From positions 157,864-221,863 of the forward strand of contig NW_003314324.1 in NCBI RefSeq assembly GCF_000143415.4: a stretch of DNA of 64,000 bases, written 5' to 3'. Positions 1 to 11,089 of this stretch are shown here, piece by piece (position 1 is the first letter of the stretch; each line of letters starts with the position of its first letter). Made by a program: the position numbers and the translations under genes. The stretch is from Selaginella moellendorffii. Taxonomy: Eukaryota; Plantae; Lycopodiophyta. A model generated the notes under the pieces. The model saw only the letters and a list, made by a program, of their open reading frames with translations. It ran no database searches and had not been told where the DNA came from.

Positions 1-310
1 GGCGGGGTCGGGGTTCATGTTTAGCAAAGGGGCCAAACCAAGGGAAACGTATAGTAGAGGGAAATTCAAGAAGAGTTTCTCTAAGAATGAGTCCTTGGGG
101 TTCCGGAAAGGCAAATCTGGTGGCCAGCGAGCGAGTACGTGGGGGAGTCAAGCAAAAAGAGACAAACCCACGGATAAGAAGGTCAAGTCATATAGCAGCA
201 TGGGAAATAACGTATGCTACAACTGCGGCAAAGCATGACACTTTTTGAGGGAATGTCCCTACCCGAAGAAAGCCAGAGCCAATATGGCCATCAAGTTGGG
301 TGAAGTCTAA
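1..310 (+). pseudogene. gag: gag C-terminus with CCHC zinc knuckle
   Basis: CYNCGKA*HFLRECP at about 216-260; internal stop at the conserved Gly. Confidence 0.85.
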
Positions 311-363
311 ATGAGGTATGTGATCTAGTCCCTAACCCAAAGTTACTCATTACACGAGCAACT

Positions 364-3268
364 TTGGTAGAGAGTCATTCGCGACATCTACTAGCCCTCC
401 GAGGGAAGCTCGGAGGTAGCTTTGTTAAGATCTTTATTGACATGGGTGCTTCAGACAATTTTGTGGCTGCAGACATAGTCCGGCAAGCTGGACTAATGGT
501 GCAGCGGCTAGGCGAACCAACGACTATAGAGTTTGTTCAAGGTAGCCAAAGCACCGATGAGGTATTTCGATAAGCGAGAGTCGAAGTAAGGACATAGAAA
601 GTAGACATGGATTTCACAGTGTTGGACATAGTGGGATTTGACGTGATCTTCAGAATGAATTGGTTCAATCGGTTCGTGGTAGCCCTACATGGACAAGGTT
701 CTTAAGAACCTTGTGGTACTGGCGAATGCCCAGGGAAGAAGATTTAGGGTGGAGGCCCAGGATCTAAAGGTAGGGCAAAGCAAGGCCAAAGATTCTTGCT
801 TAAACCTGGTGTCCACGAGAGGACAACTCACTAAAGAAACTAAGGCAGCATTTTTGTGCTTACTCTCGGTGAAGAGTGACAAAAAGACAAGAACGGAAGA
901 AGTACCTTTAGTGATCTAGTGGGTGTTGGACCAATTCCAGGATACCATGCTAGAGGAGTTACCAACGGGGTTGCCCCCCGCACGACCGATAGAACATAAG
1001 ATTGAACTGGTCGAGGGTGCTAAAGCGGTGGTTTGTCCCCCCTATCATTTGAACAAAAAAAACTCAAGGAGCTCAAGTGCCAACTAAAGGAGTTGGTGGA
1101 CAAAGGGTATGTTAGGTTGAGCAAGTCACCATATGGGGTGCCAGTGTTATTTGTGATAAAGAAAGATGGATCTATGCACATGTGCATAGACTACCAATTG
1201 CTCATCAAGTATACAAAAAGAACAAGTACCCTTTGCCAAGGATTGAGGACCTGTTCAATAGGTTAGGAAAGGCAAAATACTTCTTGAGGATTGACCTAAA
1301 CTCAAGATACTACCAGATTAGGGTAGCAGAGAAAGATGTTAAGAAGACAATCTGTCGAATCAGGTATGGGAGCTTTGAGTTTCTGGTGATGCCCTTTGGG
1401 CTGTGCAATGCGCCAGCAACGTTTTCGGCGTTGATGAACGATATCTTTGTACCCTATCTAGATCACTTCGTGGTTGTCTATATCGATGACATCCTGATCT
1501 ATAGCGAGACACTAGAGGAGCATGTCGAACACTTGGCAAAGGTGTTTGAGAAACTAAGAGAACACAAACTGTATGCTAAAGAGAGCAAATGTTACTTTGC
1601 TCAATAAGAGGTAAAGTTTCTCGGGCATGTGGTGGGCCAGGACGGGCTCAAGGTGGACCCGGAGAAGGTCCAAGCGATCCAAGAATGGGAGCGACCATTG
1701 AATGTACATGAGCTAAGGGCATTCTTGGGGCTATGCAATTACTACCGAAAGTTTATCAGACATTATTTGAGAGTAGCCCTACCTTTAACGGACCAAACGG
1801 GAAAAGGGAAGATGGTATGGACAGTGGAATGCGAGGCGGCATTCGTCCACCTCAAAGGGAAGTTGAGGAAGGCTCCCGTGTTGGCATTACCAGACTTTGG
1901 TAAGGACTTTGAGGTAGAAACGGATGCTTCGGACGTTGCATTGGGTGCAGTTTTGAAGCAAGATAACCATCTAGTAGCATTCTTCTTGAAGAAGTTAGAC
2001 AAGGCTCAATAGAAGTGGCCTGCCCACGAGAAGGAATTGTTTGTGGTGGTCAAGGCACTCAAGGAATGGCGACACTACCATGGGAGACACTTCAAGGTTT
2101 ACACGGACAATGTGGCAACGAAACACTTCTTGTCACAGCCCGACCTGAGAGGGAAACAGGGTCGGTGGGCCAATGCCTTGGCCGAGTTTGATTGCGAGAT
2201 TTTGTACAAGCCTGGGAAGAGCAATATCGTGGCGGATGCGCTAAGTTGAAAAGCGAGCTTGAGGTTGGCGATATCCAGGGCGACAGCAACCTTTTGGGAC
2301 GATGTGCGGACAGCATATGAAAACGATGGTTTAGCACAAGAAGTGTTGCTGAGGAATCTAGAGGCACGGGAAGCTCACCAGAGAAGTGAGCTGCCAACGG
2401 AAGAGAAAACGGGCTATGCAGAACGCAACGGACTCATCTATTACAAACAAATGAAGGTGTATGTTCCAGAAGGGGAACTAAGGAAGGTAGCTTTAGAAGA
2501 GTGTTATGATGGACCTCTTGTGGGACACGACGGAGTGCTCAAGACGATGGGCTTACTCAAGAGGAAGTATCACTGGCTAGATATGGCTAAGGACGTCCAA
2601 GACTATGTAAAGACATGTCTAACATGTCAGCAGGTAAAAGCTGTGATTAAGGCTAGTGGGGGCTTGTTGCAAAGCATCCCAATTCCGGATCGTCTGTGGA
2701 AATGTCTTATGATGGACTTTATTATGGGACCCCCCCCCCCCCCCCCCCAAGCGAGGGGTTCGATGCGATATTCGTGGTGGTGGACCAATTTTCGAAGATG
2801 GCACATTTCATACCCACCACAACGGAAGTGGATGTGGAAGGTGTGGCAAAGCTGTTCTTTGAACAAGTGGTTTGAGTGCGGGGAAGGCCAGAAGAGATTA
2901 TTTCAGATCGAGATAAGATCTTCACTAGTAGATTCTGGAGAACTCTCCTAGAATAGTATCGCACCAAGTTGAAATTCAGCACCACCTATCACCCACAGAC
3001 AGGTATTGGGTATTAAGTCAAGTTTGATGGCACTAACACTTCTTGACAGATGGATAAATAGAAAGGGTGAATAGGTAGCTGGAGGATTATTTGCGATGCT
3101 ATGTCTCGGGAGACTAGACCGATTGGGTAAGTCATTTGGGACTTGCGGAAATGTGTTATAACAACTCACCACATTCGAGTATCGGGGTGAGTCCATGGGA
3201 AGTCATCAATGGGCGAGCTATTGAAGGTCCTGTAGAACTCGGCGTGGCCGAGTATCACGGAGAGTTAC
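364..3268 (+). pseudogene. pol: gypsy pol part 1: protease, RT, RNase H, integrase core
   Basis: IFIDMGASDNFV (PR); MPFGLCNAPATF and VVVYIDDILIYS (RT); VETDASD and VYTDN (RNase H); GH...CLTCQ (IN Zn finger); SDRD and STTYHPQT/DG (IN). Many stops; poly-C frameshift near 2730-2748. Confidence 0.95.
3003..3049 (+). other. 47-nt GT-AG intron-like insertion in the integrase catalytic core
   Basis: CAG|GTATTG...CTAAC...TTGACAG|AT. Removal restores HPQT-D-G*IERVNR*LEDYLRCY and the reading frame. Confidence 0.8.
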
Positions 3269-5130
3269 TGTGAGACACAAAATCCCTAGGCCCCAAAGTG
3301 GAGCCGGAAAGGGTGCCACGTGGTAGTGGCTGAAGCGAGAGCCAAACGAGCGTAACACGTTTGGACCAAAAGCTCAGACTTGAAAAGTCAAGAGCGGGAG
3401 TGGAACTCCAAAAGAAGTGCTCAAGGAACGAGCACGAAGCGAGCAAAAAGCGAGGCTCCAAAAAGGGACCCAAAAGGACCAACACATGACACGTGGAAGT
3501 GTCCGAGATGGACTCAAGTTGGAGTCCGAAGTGGAGTCCGAGATGGACTCGAGTTGGAGTCCAAAGTGGAGTCCGAGATGGACTCGAGTTGGAGTCCGAA
3601 GTGGAGTCCGAGATGGACTCGAGTTGGAGTCCGAAGTGGAGTCCGAGATGGACCCGAGTTGGAGTCCGAAGTGGAGTCCGAGATGGACCCGAGATGGAGT
3701 CCGAGGTGGACCCAAGATGGACCCGAAATGGAGTCCGAGATGGAGTCCGAGGTGGACCCGAGATGGACCCGAAATGGAGTCCAAGATGGAGTCCGAGATG
3801 GACCCGAGATGGAGTCCGAGATGGACCCGAAATGGAGTCCGAGGTGGACCCGAGATGGACCCGAAATGGAGTCCGAGATGGAGTCCGAGATGGACCCGAG
3901 ATGGACCCGAAATGGACCCGAAATGGAGTCCAAGATGGACCCGAGATGGAGTCCGAGATGGACCCGAGATGGAGTCCGAGATGGAGTCCGAAGTCGAGAC
4001 CGAGACCGGGACCGAGACCGAGACCGAGACCGAGATCGGGACCGAGAACGAGACCGAGGCCAAGGCCGAGACCGAGCCCGAGCCCGAGTCCGAGTCCGAG
4101 TCCGAGTCCGAGTCCGAGTTCGAGTCTGAGAGGGTGAAAGCCCAAAGCGTTCATCTCCCAGACCCTGGGGGGTTTGGTGAGCTCCAAAAGTATAGTAGGG
4201 GGGAGGACTGCAGTGGAGCCAGTTTGGCCAGGAAAGGCCAGTTTGGCCCAGGAAGGCCAGACCCAGTGTTGGGTGATGAGCTGCCCACTGGGAAGTCCAA
4301 GACTAGAGTGAACACAGACTGACAAGTGGGGTAGCTTGGTGAAGTGTTCAAGAGCCGGCTCTAGTTCCCCCGGGAGATCGACTGGCCGATGCTCCCAGTC
4401 NNNNNNNNNNNNNNNNNNNNNNNNNNNNNNNNNNNNNNNNNNNNNNNNNNNNNNNNNNNNNNNNNNNNNNNNNNNNNNNNNNNNNNNNNNNNNNNNNNNN
4501 GAGAGTACCCAGGTGGCTCGCGTAAGGCCACGGTGTTCCGAAAGGTTGTCCCAAAGGCCCAGACTGTGGAAAGGAAGAGGAGCAGTCCTCTGGGGTAGTG
4601 ACCAAGGACACAGTCGTGTGGTGAGGAAGTCCCAGAGGACCATGGGACTTAGTGGTCGGGCCTGTGGGTCTCGATCCAGTGGCAGTGTTGGCAAACACGG
4701 CCAGGGGCAGAAAGGGACTTAGTGGGGACTGACAGAGGGATATTGGGGAAGGCTATTCCCCTTGTCGGTGGGCATCCTAAGGATGCTAAGGAGTGGATCT
4801 GAGATGACCACTCACGGATGGTTTGCCTAGTCTTGGAGGGCCAAGACGGTGATGCAAGTGGTGTTGGACCACCAGTGTGACTAAGGTAAATGGGCATGGC
4901 CTTAGCGTAACGGGCCGGTACGTTGGTGATACCTTGGGGTGTCGATCATGGGATCGGACACGTGGAGCACTTGGACCAAGTGCTAAGGTTGAGTGGCATG
5001 GATGCCATTCTCGGGGCTAGCAAGCCCCAAGTCCTGAGTTGGACTTATGGAGGTTGTCAATGAGACTCCTCCAAGTGGTCAGAGGTGTGGTTAAGTGACT
5101 AAAGTAAAATGCAAAATTTAGTCGCTTACA
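3269..5130 (+). repeat. 5' LTR of A copy 1 (contains an N gap)
   Basis: TGTGAGAC...GCTTACA. Confidence 0.93.
3500..4128 (+). repeat. LTR-internal minisatellite: GAGATGGAGTCC / GAGATGGACCC units, then CCGAG(A/G/T) hexamers
   Basis: Directly visible. Also at about 9470-10088, 15080-15495, 55680-56260, 61580-62080. Source of the SISD/MESE/RPRP ORFs. Confidence 0.95.
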
Positions 5131-5133
5131 ACT

Positions 5134-5145
5134 TGGTATCGGAGC
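5134..5145 (+). promoter_or_regulatory. Primer-binding site, tRNA-iMet type
   Basis: TGGTATCGGAGC, 3 nt after the LTR end. Confidence 0.9.
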
Positions 5146-7614
5146 TGTTCCTTAGTCCGACTTTTATTGGTGCTCAAGTATATCACCACTAGTGTTGGCA
5201 TCGGAAGGTCCGAGGAGTGGGCCTATCCTTGAGGAGTAGCAAGTCGGGAAGACATGGCTCTCCATTACAGTTCATGTGTGAACTTGTAGACGAGGTGGTG
5301 GATAGAAAAGGGCCAATAATGGAACGACTTTGGGATCTTGGGAACAGTGCAAGGTTTTCCTCATTGAGTTGAGGATGTGATCCGGATGAGCATTTGTCTC
5401 AGCAAATTGGCTAAGGTTGTTGTGGTAAACAACTAAAGTTGGGATCATGGGAAAGATAGAGACTCCAAAACAATAAAGGAGTCACAAGATTATCCTCATA
5501 TAGTTGAGGTTGGTGCTCATGAATGTGAGACCAAAGGTAATGACTGTGGGAGGTCAAATACGGAAGAGGACTCAAGTCCTTGAAATGGTAGCCGGGGCTA
5601 CCTTTAATAAATGCTGGAAAAACCCAAGGAATTGGGGGGTGTACTTAGAGATGAGTTGGTATTCTCATCACATGGACAAGTAGTCCTAAGGGGCAAAGGT
5701 TGCCTAGAGAACAAAATCAAGTGTCGGAGTAACACTTGTGAAAATAGTCCTTTTGAGTAGGACAGGAATGCAAGAAGTGTATTCCAGTGAGCTAGTGCCT
5801 CACAAGTAGGACCTTACATGTCTGTGGATTAACCAAGTCCAAAACTGCTGGATGACTCAAGTAGAGTCAAGGGATGGTCCTAAAAGGACTGATGGAAGCA
5901 TTTGGACTAATGTGTGTTGTACCCCACAAAGGATTGGGGGGGATCATAGGATCCAAGGATGAGAACAGAGGGTATTTCATTGATGGCAAAATGTGCTATG
6001 CTAAAGTTATGGGAAAGGTGTTCCCAGAAGAAAACAACTTTGACATAAAGTTGTGTGTGACCTCTATAGGGCAGTGCTAATGGATGGTTGGCATGAGAAA
6101 GAGCGGTGTTGGTCTTGGCAAAGACTTAGACACGAAGGGGAAATGTCATAGAGGTAGGCTCGTGGAGCCGATGGTGTGGAGACACCAAATGTGCCAAGGT
6201 GTGATACCTTAAGGCTATGTTGGTGGGTTCATGAGAACCCCTTGCCAAAGGAATCCCAATGGAAATGGGAATGGCATAGCCTAAGCTGCAGAGCATGCAA
6301 TTGGAGTGTGGTGACCCAGATAATGATGGAGGTGTGAAAGCACCAAGCAATGAGTTGTAGGACTTGACAACTATGAGGCAACTAAGCCAGAGGTGCAAAA
6401 TAACTGGTTAAACGGGTAGAAGGTAGCTACCTAAGACTTCTTAATAGCATAAGGAAGTTGGATATACCCTTACGGGGGATAAGTTGCTTGTGTTGCGATA
6501 TAGTAAGTCAATGTCATAAAAGGAAATACTCGTTGTCAAGAAAGCCATCATTGGGACACCCGGACACTCTAGAACACTAGAAGGTGGTGTTTGATGTCGC
6601 GAGGGCAATGGATAAAGCCCAAGGGACTAAGTCCCTAGTGAATGATGGATAGAAGGTGCTATCCAAATGTCCAAGGTTGCGGAGACAGGAGAGGACTGTC
6701 TACCCGAGTTGGACAAAGCCAAAAATGGAATTTTGGCAAGGCTAGTGATGGGCATGTAAAGGCCCATAAGCAACAATGTAATCCCAGTGTGTGAGATTAT
6801 AAGGTGAGCATACCCGGATTGAGGAACCACTCCCTAGGCTACTGGGTAGGTTCATCCCTAAGAATACTTGCTAAAGCGTGATAGAAAGTGCAAAGCTATT
6901 CTCCTGGTCTGGAGGAGAATGACCAAAGGAAAGGTGTGAAGCCAAAAAGCAAGGAGTAAGGGGATAGAACCGAACCATAGGAATCAAAGGGCATAACCAA
7001 GGTTGGTTATGCCAGCTGAGAGTGGAGAATTAAGTGGGGGCTCAAGGGTGTTGCCGCTAGCAACCGTGATGCCATGGAGAGTCTAAAATATGGAATTGTC
7101 CATGTTAGACTATGTGGCATTTTGAAAGCTTGCAAAAAGGGAGGCCTTAGCAAGCTGAGGGACAGAGTTCCTTCAAGGTTCCCAAAGACGATTCCAGGTA
7201 GCTTAGTACCTAGAAAGGCCAAGTGTAAATGGTTCATGGAACGCGCGAAATCAGAGTGGCGCAGCAGAAGCGTGGTCTTGAAGCTTGCCATGAGGCAAGG
7301 CTATCAAGGTTAGGGAAGTAGTTCCCGAGTGTTCAAAGAGAGGGCTTTGAACGAAAGTCGATGGTCAAGGACTTTCACGCTTATGCAGGAACCATGTTAC
7401 CGTGGTCGGAGGACTTGCCAAGCGAGATTGGCACGTCGGGGGAACAAATACCCTAGTTGAAGGTGATAACTTCAAAAAGGGTGGGCCATGGGGCCAAGCA
7501 TGGAGGAGTCCATGCATGATCACAGACATGTCAAGTGAGAGGACTTGGCAGTGTGGAGGAACTAGGTTCTTAAACTGTGATCTGTAGCGCGCTTTAAAAA
7601 TAAGTTGGTGCACC

Positions 7615-8021
7615 GGCGTGGGGAGTCACGCCAGGCATCTTGTGTGATGCCGTCCGTAGATGCATATACGGAGGTTGGGTTCGAGTCCCGACCCTCTAGT
7701 GCTTGGGTTCGAGTCCCAAATCACTAGGGCGTGGTGATGGTTTGGAATATGAGGACACTCCTATTTCGGTGGTCATGGACTCTCAGTGGGGAAACTGGTT
7801 TGGGCACACCGCCAAGCGAGGGATGCCTCGGAGTCGTGATGCACGGTTAGATTGCTTAGTGTGAAAGCTCGGCATATCTAACTTGAACGCTTTGGTGCAA
7901 GTGGCACCAAGGACGTGGTGAGTGAGATGGGGACACCTAATCTCAGTTGCTATGGACCCTTGGCCGGAAGGGCTGGCTTGGGCACACCGCCAAGTGTGGG
8001 GGATGCCCCCGGGGTCGTAGT
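7615..8021 (+). ncRNA. Putative cis-acting structured RNA in A internal region (hairpin array, two T-loop hairpins, two GACA-hairpin/3-way-junction units)
   Basis: Stems readable by eye, with covariation against the homologous segment in the gypsy B 3' UTR (11868-12046). Confidence 0.6.
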
Positions 8022-9226
8022 TAACAAGTTAAAGGTCTGGAAGACCTAGTACTTATTGGCAAACCTGTTAAGGTGTCGAGGTGAGATCACTAGGTGATCT
8101 TGTGGCTAAATAGGGACAAGGTCCTTGTTTGGGTTAAGGAATAAGGTTCCTAGTTCAAAGTGTTGATTTGAACTATTGATGATGGTGTGGCTTGGTCAAG
8201 GTGACCAAGTGGGAAAAGCACCTTAGGGAAATGAGCTATGTCATTGCGATGGCATAGTGTGTCCAAGGAAAGTAGTCTCTAAAGAGACCCATGAGAGGGT
8301 CACAAAGTTGGGCCGAGGATAGAGCCCACAGCAAAAGATGCTAAAAGAGACTTACTAGGGGTGAACACCCTAGTCTTGGCAAAGCAGAGCCTTTGCTATG
8401 GAATCAAAAGAATACCTCAAGGAGGGAGGTAGAGATTCGATGTTGCTTGGTGGACCAATCAACGGATAGGAGCAAAAGATGAGTGGCCAAGATAGGGCCG
8501 TGGAATCCCTGGGAAGGAATCCAAGTGACAAAGTTAGGCAAGGAACACTAATGTGTTGGACGCTAACAAATTGCGGGAAAGGAAGTGTGTTTCCAAGGAT
8601 GGATTCTGAATTGCTCCGATTTGGCGAAAGTGGAAGCTCCAAGGGAGGGAGCGGTAAGGTAGCCAAATGATAGGGCGATGGACAACCCTAGCACAAAGTG
8701 TGATAAATGGAACTTAGTGCCCAAGGTGGCACGAAATAGAAGAGAGGATGATGGTGCCCTCAAGTAATGAACTTCCTAGGATAGGGAAGTGGAGTCGCAC
8801 AATCTGTGCAATGCAAGGTGTTGGAGACACCTAGGAAATTGACTTCCAAAAGTCAAAAGAGTAAAAGTTCCAAGGTGCAAACATTCACTAGAAGGAAATT
8901 GAGACTACTCAAGAAGGAGTAGTGGGATTGACTTAGAGAAGGGTCTTTAAGAGGTTTAGCGAGAATTAAACCAATAAAAGGAGAGAACCACTACATGTGG
9001 TCCAATCAGTCTCTAAGTTGGGGAGACTACCCTCCTTAGAGGATAGGCAAGGCATGGTGAGCCTTTGGTGTCAAACCATTGAGGCATATGTAAAAGGCAT
9101 GGTGAGCCTTCAATGTCAAACCATTGACAAATATTGGCTAGGTGCCAAGGATGGAAATGGTAACACATGTGAGTGTTACTTTACAAAATGGTTTACCGTT
9201 CGATGAGGACATCGAACTTCGTCTAT

Positions 9227-9238
9227 GGGTGGTGGAGT
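9227..9238 (+). promoter_or_regulatory. Polypurine tract of A
   Basis: GGGTGGTGGAGT directly before the 3' LTR. Confidence 0.85.
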
Positions 9239-11084
9239 TGTGAGACACAAAATCCCTAGGCCCCAAAGTGGAGCCGGAAAGGGTGCCACGTGGTAGTGGC
9301 TGAAGCGAGAGCCAAACGAGCGTAACACGTTTGGACCAAAAGCTCCGACTTGAAAAGTCAAGAGCGGGAGTGGAACTCCCAAAGAAGTGCTCAAGGAACG
9401 AGCACGAAGCGAGCAAAAAGCAAGGCTCCAAAAAGGGACCCAAAAGGACCAACACATGACACGTGGAAGTGTCCGAGATGGACTCGAGTTGGAGTCCGAA
9501 GTGGAGTCCGAGATGGACTCGAGTTGGAGTCCAAATTGGAGTCCGAGATGGACTCGAGTTGGAGTCCGAAGTGGAGTCCGAGATGGACTCGAGTTGGAGT
9601 CCGAAGTGGAGTCCGAGATGGACCCGAGTTGGAGTCCGAAGTGGAGTCCGAGATGGACCCGAGATGGAGTCCGAGGTGGACCCGAGATGGACCCGAAATG
9701 GAGTCTGAGATGGAGTCCGAGGTGGACCCGAGATGGACCCGAAATGGAGTCCAAGATGGAGTCCGAGATGGACCCGAGATGGAGTCCGAGATGGACCCGA
9801 AATGGAGTCCGAGGTGGACCCGAGATGGACCCGAAATGGAGTCCGAGATGGACCCGAGATGGACCCGAAATGGAGTCCGAGATGGACCCAAGATGGAGTC
9901 CGAGATGGACCCGAGATGGAGTCCGAGATGGAGTCTGAGATGGAGTCCAAAGTCGAGACCGAGACCGGGACCGAGACCGAGACTGAGACCGAGATCGGGA
10001 CCGAGAACGAGACCGAGGCCGAGGCCGAGACCGAGGCCGAGCCCGAGTCCGAGTCTGAGTCCGAGTCCGAGTCCGAGTTTGAGTCTGAGAGGGTGAAAGC
10101 CCAAAGCGTTCGTCTCCCAGACCCTGGGGGGTTTGGTGAGCTCCAAAAGTATAGTAGGGGGGAGGACTGCTGTTGAGCCAGTTTGGCCAGGAAAGGCCAG
10201 TTTGGCCCAGGAAGGCCAGACCCAGTGTTGGGTGATGAGCTGCCCACTGGGAAGTCCAAGACTAGAGTGAACACAGACCGACAAGTGGGGTAGCTTGGTG
10301 AAGTGTTCAAGAGCCGGCTCTAGTTCCCCCGGGAGATCGACTGGCCGATGCTCCCAGTCCAAGTGTGGGTGGCACTACCTACTTGGATACCTGGTGTGGC
10401 TCAACGGAACCCGCTCTAAGCCCATGGCTAGAGCACCCAAGGGCAGAAGGCGAGGAGAGTACCCAGGTGGCTCGCGTAAGGCCACGGTGTTCCGAAATGT
10501 TGTCCCAAAGGCCCAGACTGTGGAAAGGAAGAGGAGCAGTCCTCTGGGGTAGTGACCAAGGACATAGTCGTGTGGTGAGGAAGTCCCAGAGGACCATGGG
10601 ACTTAGTGGTCGGGCCTGTGGGTCTCGATCCAGTGGCAGTGTTGGCAAACACGGCCAGGGGCAGAAAGGGACTTAGTGGGGACTGACAGAGGGATATTGG
10701 GGAAGGCTATTCCCCTTGTCGGTGGGCATCCTAAGGATGCTAAGGAGTGGATCTGAGATGACCACTCAGGGATGGTTTGCCTAGTCTTGGAGGGCCAAGA
10801 CGGAGATGCAAGTGGTGTTGGACCACCAGTGTGACCAAGGTAAATGGGCATGGCCTTAGCGTAACGGGCCGGTACGTCGGTGATACCTTGGGGTGTCGAT
10901 CATGGGATCGGACACGTGGAGCACTTGGACCAAGTGCTAAGGTTGAGTGGCATGGATGCCATTCTCGGGGCTAGCAAGCCCCAAGTCCTGAGTTGGACTT
11001 ATGGAGGTTGTCAATGAGACTCCTCCAAGTGGTCAGAGGTGTGGTTAAGTGACTAAAGTAAAATGCAAAATTTAGTCGCTTACA
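9239..11084 (+). repeat. 3' LTR of A copy 1
   Basis: Direct repeat of 3269-5130. Confidence 0.95.
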
Positions 11085-11089
11085 GTTAC

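Larger units (their letters stand above)
3269..11084 (+). mobile_element. Full-length non-coding LTR element (LARD-like, 'family A'), copy 1
   Basis: TSD GTTAC (3264-3268 and 11085-11089). LTRs 3269-5130 and 9239-11084 nearly identical. PBS and PPT present. The 4.1-kb internal region has no recognisable gag/pol ORF. Confidence 0.95.

Noticed and set aside
300-370. Possible third intron at the gag-pol junction (GTATGT 316 or GTGAAG 300 ... CTAAC ... TAG 370)
   Set aside because: The strong donor gives the wrong frame, the in-frame donor is weak, and the pol frame is open through the region, so a -1 frameshift is equally plausible. Unresolved.
3500-4000. CRISPR-like appearance of regular repeats
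   Set aside because: No unique spacers, no cas genes, eukaryotic LTR context.
3255-4694. Long ORFs (up to 479 aa) rich in SISD/GLGL/RPRP/MESE, also at 9.1-10.4, 14.9-15.6, 55.5-56.6 and 61.4-62.3 kb
   Set aside because: Translations of the LTR minisatellite, open in most frames on both strands.
7074-7613. Short ORFs conserved between the two A copies
   Set aside because: Expected from high nucleotide identity of recent copies; no domain recognised.
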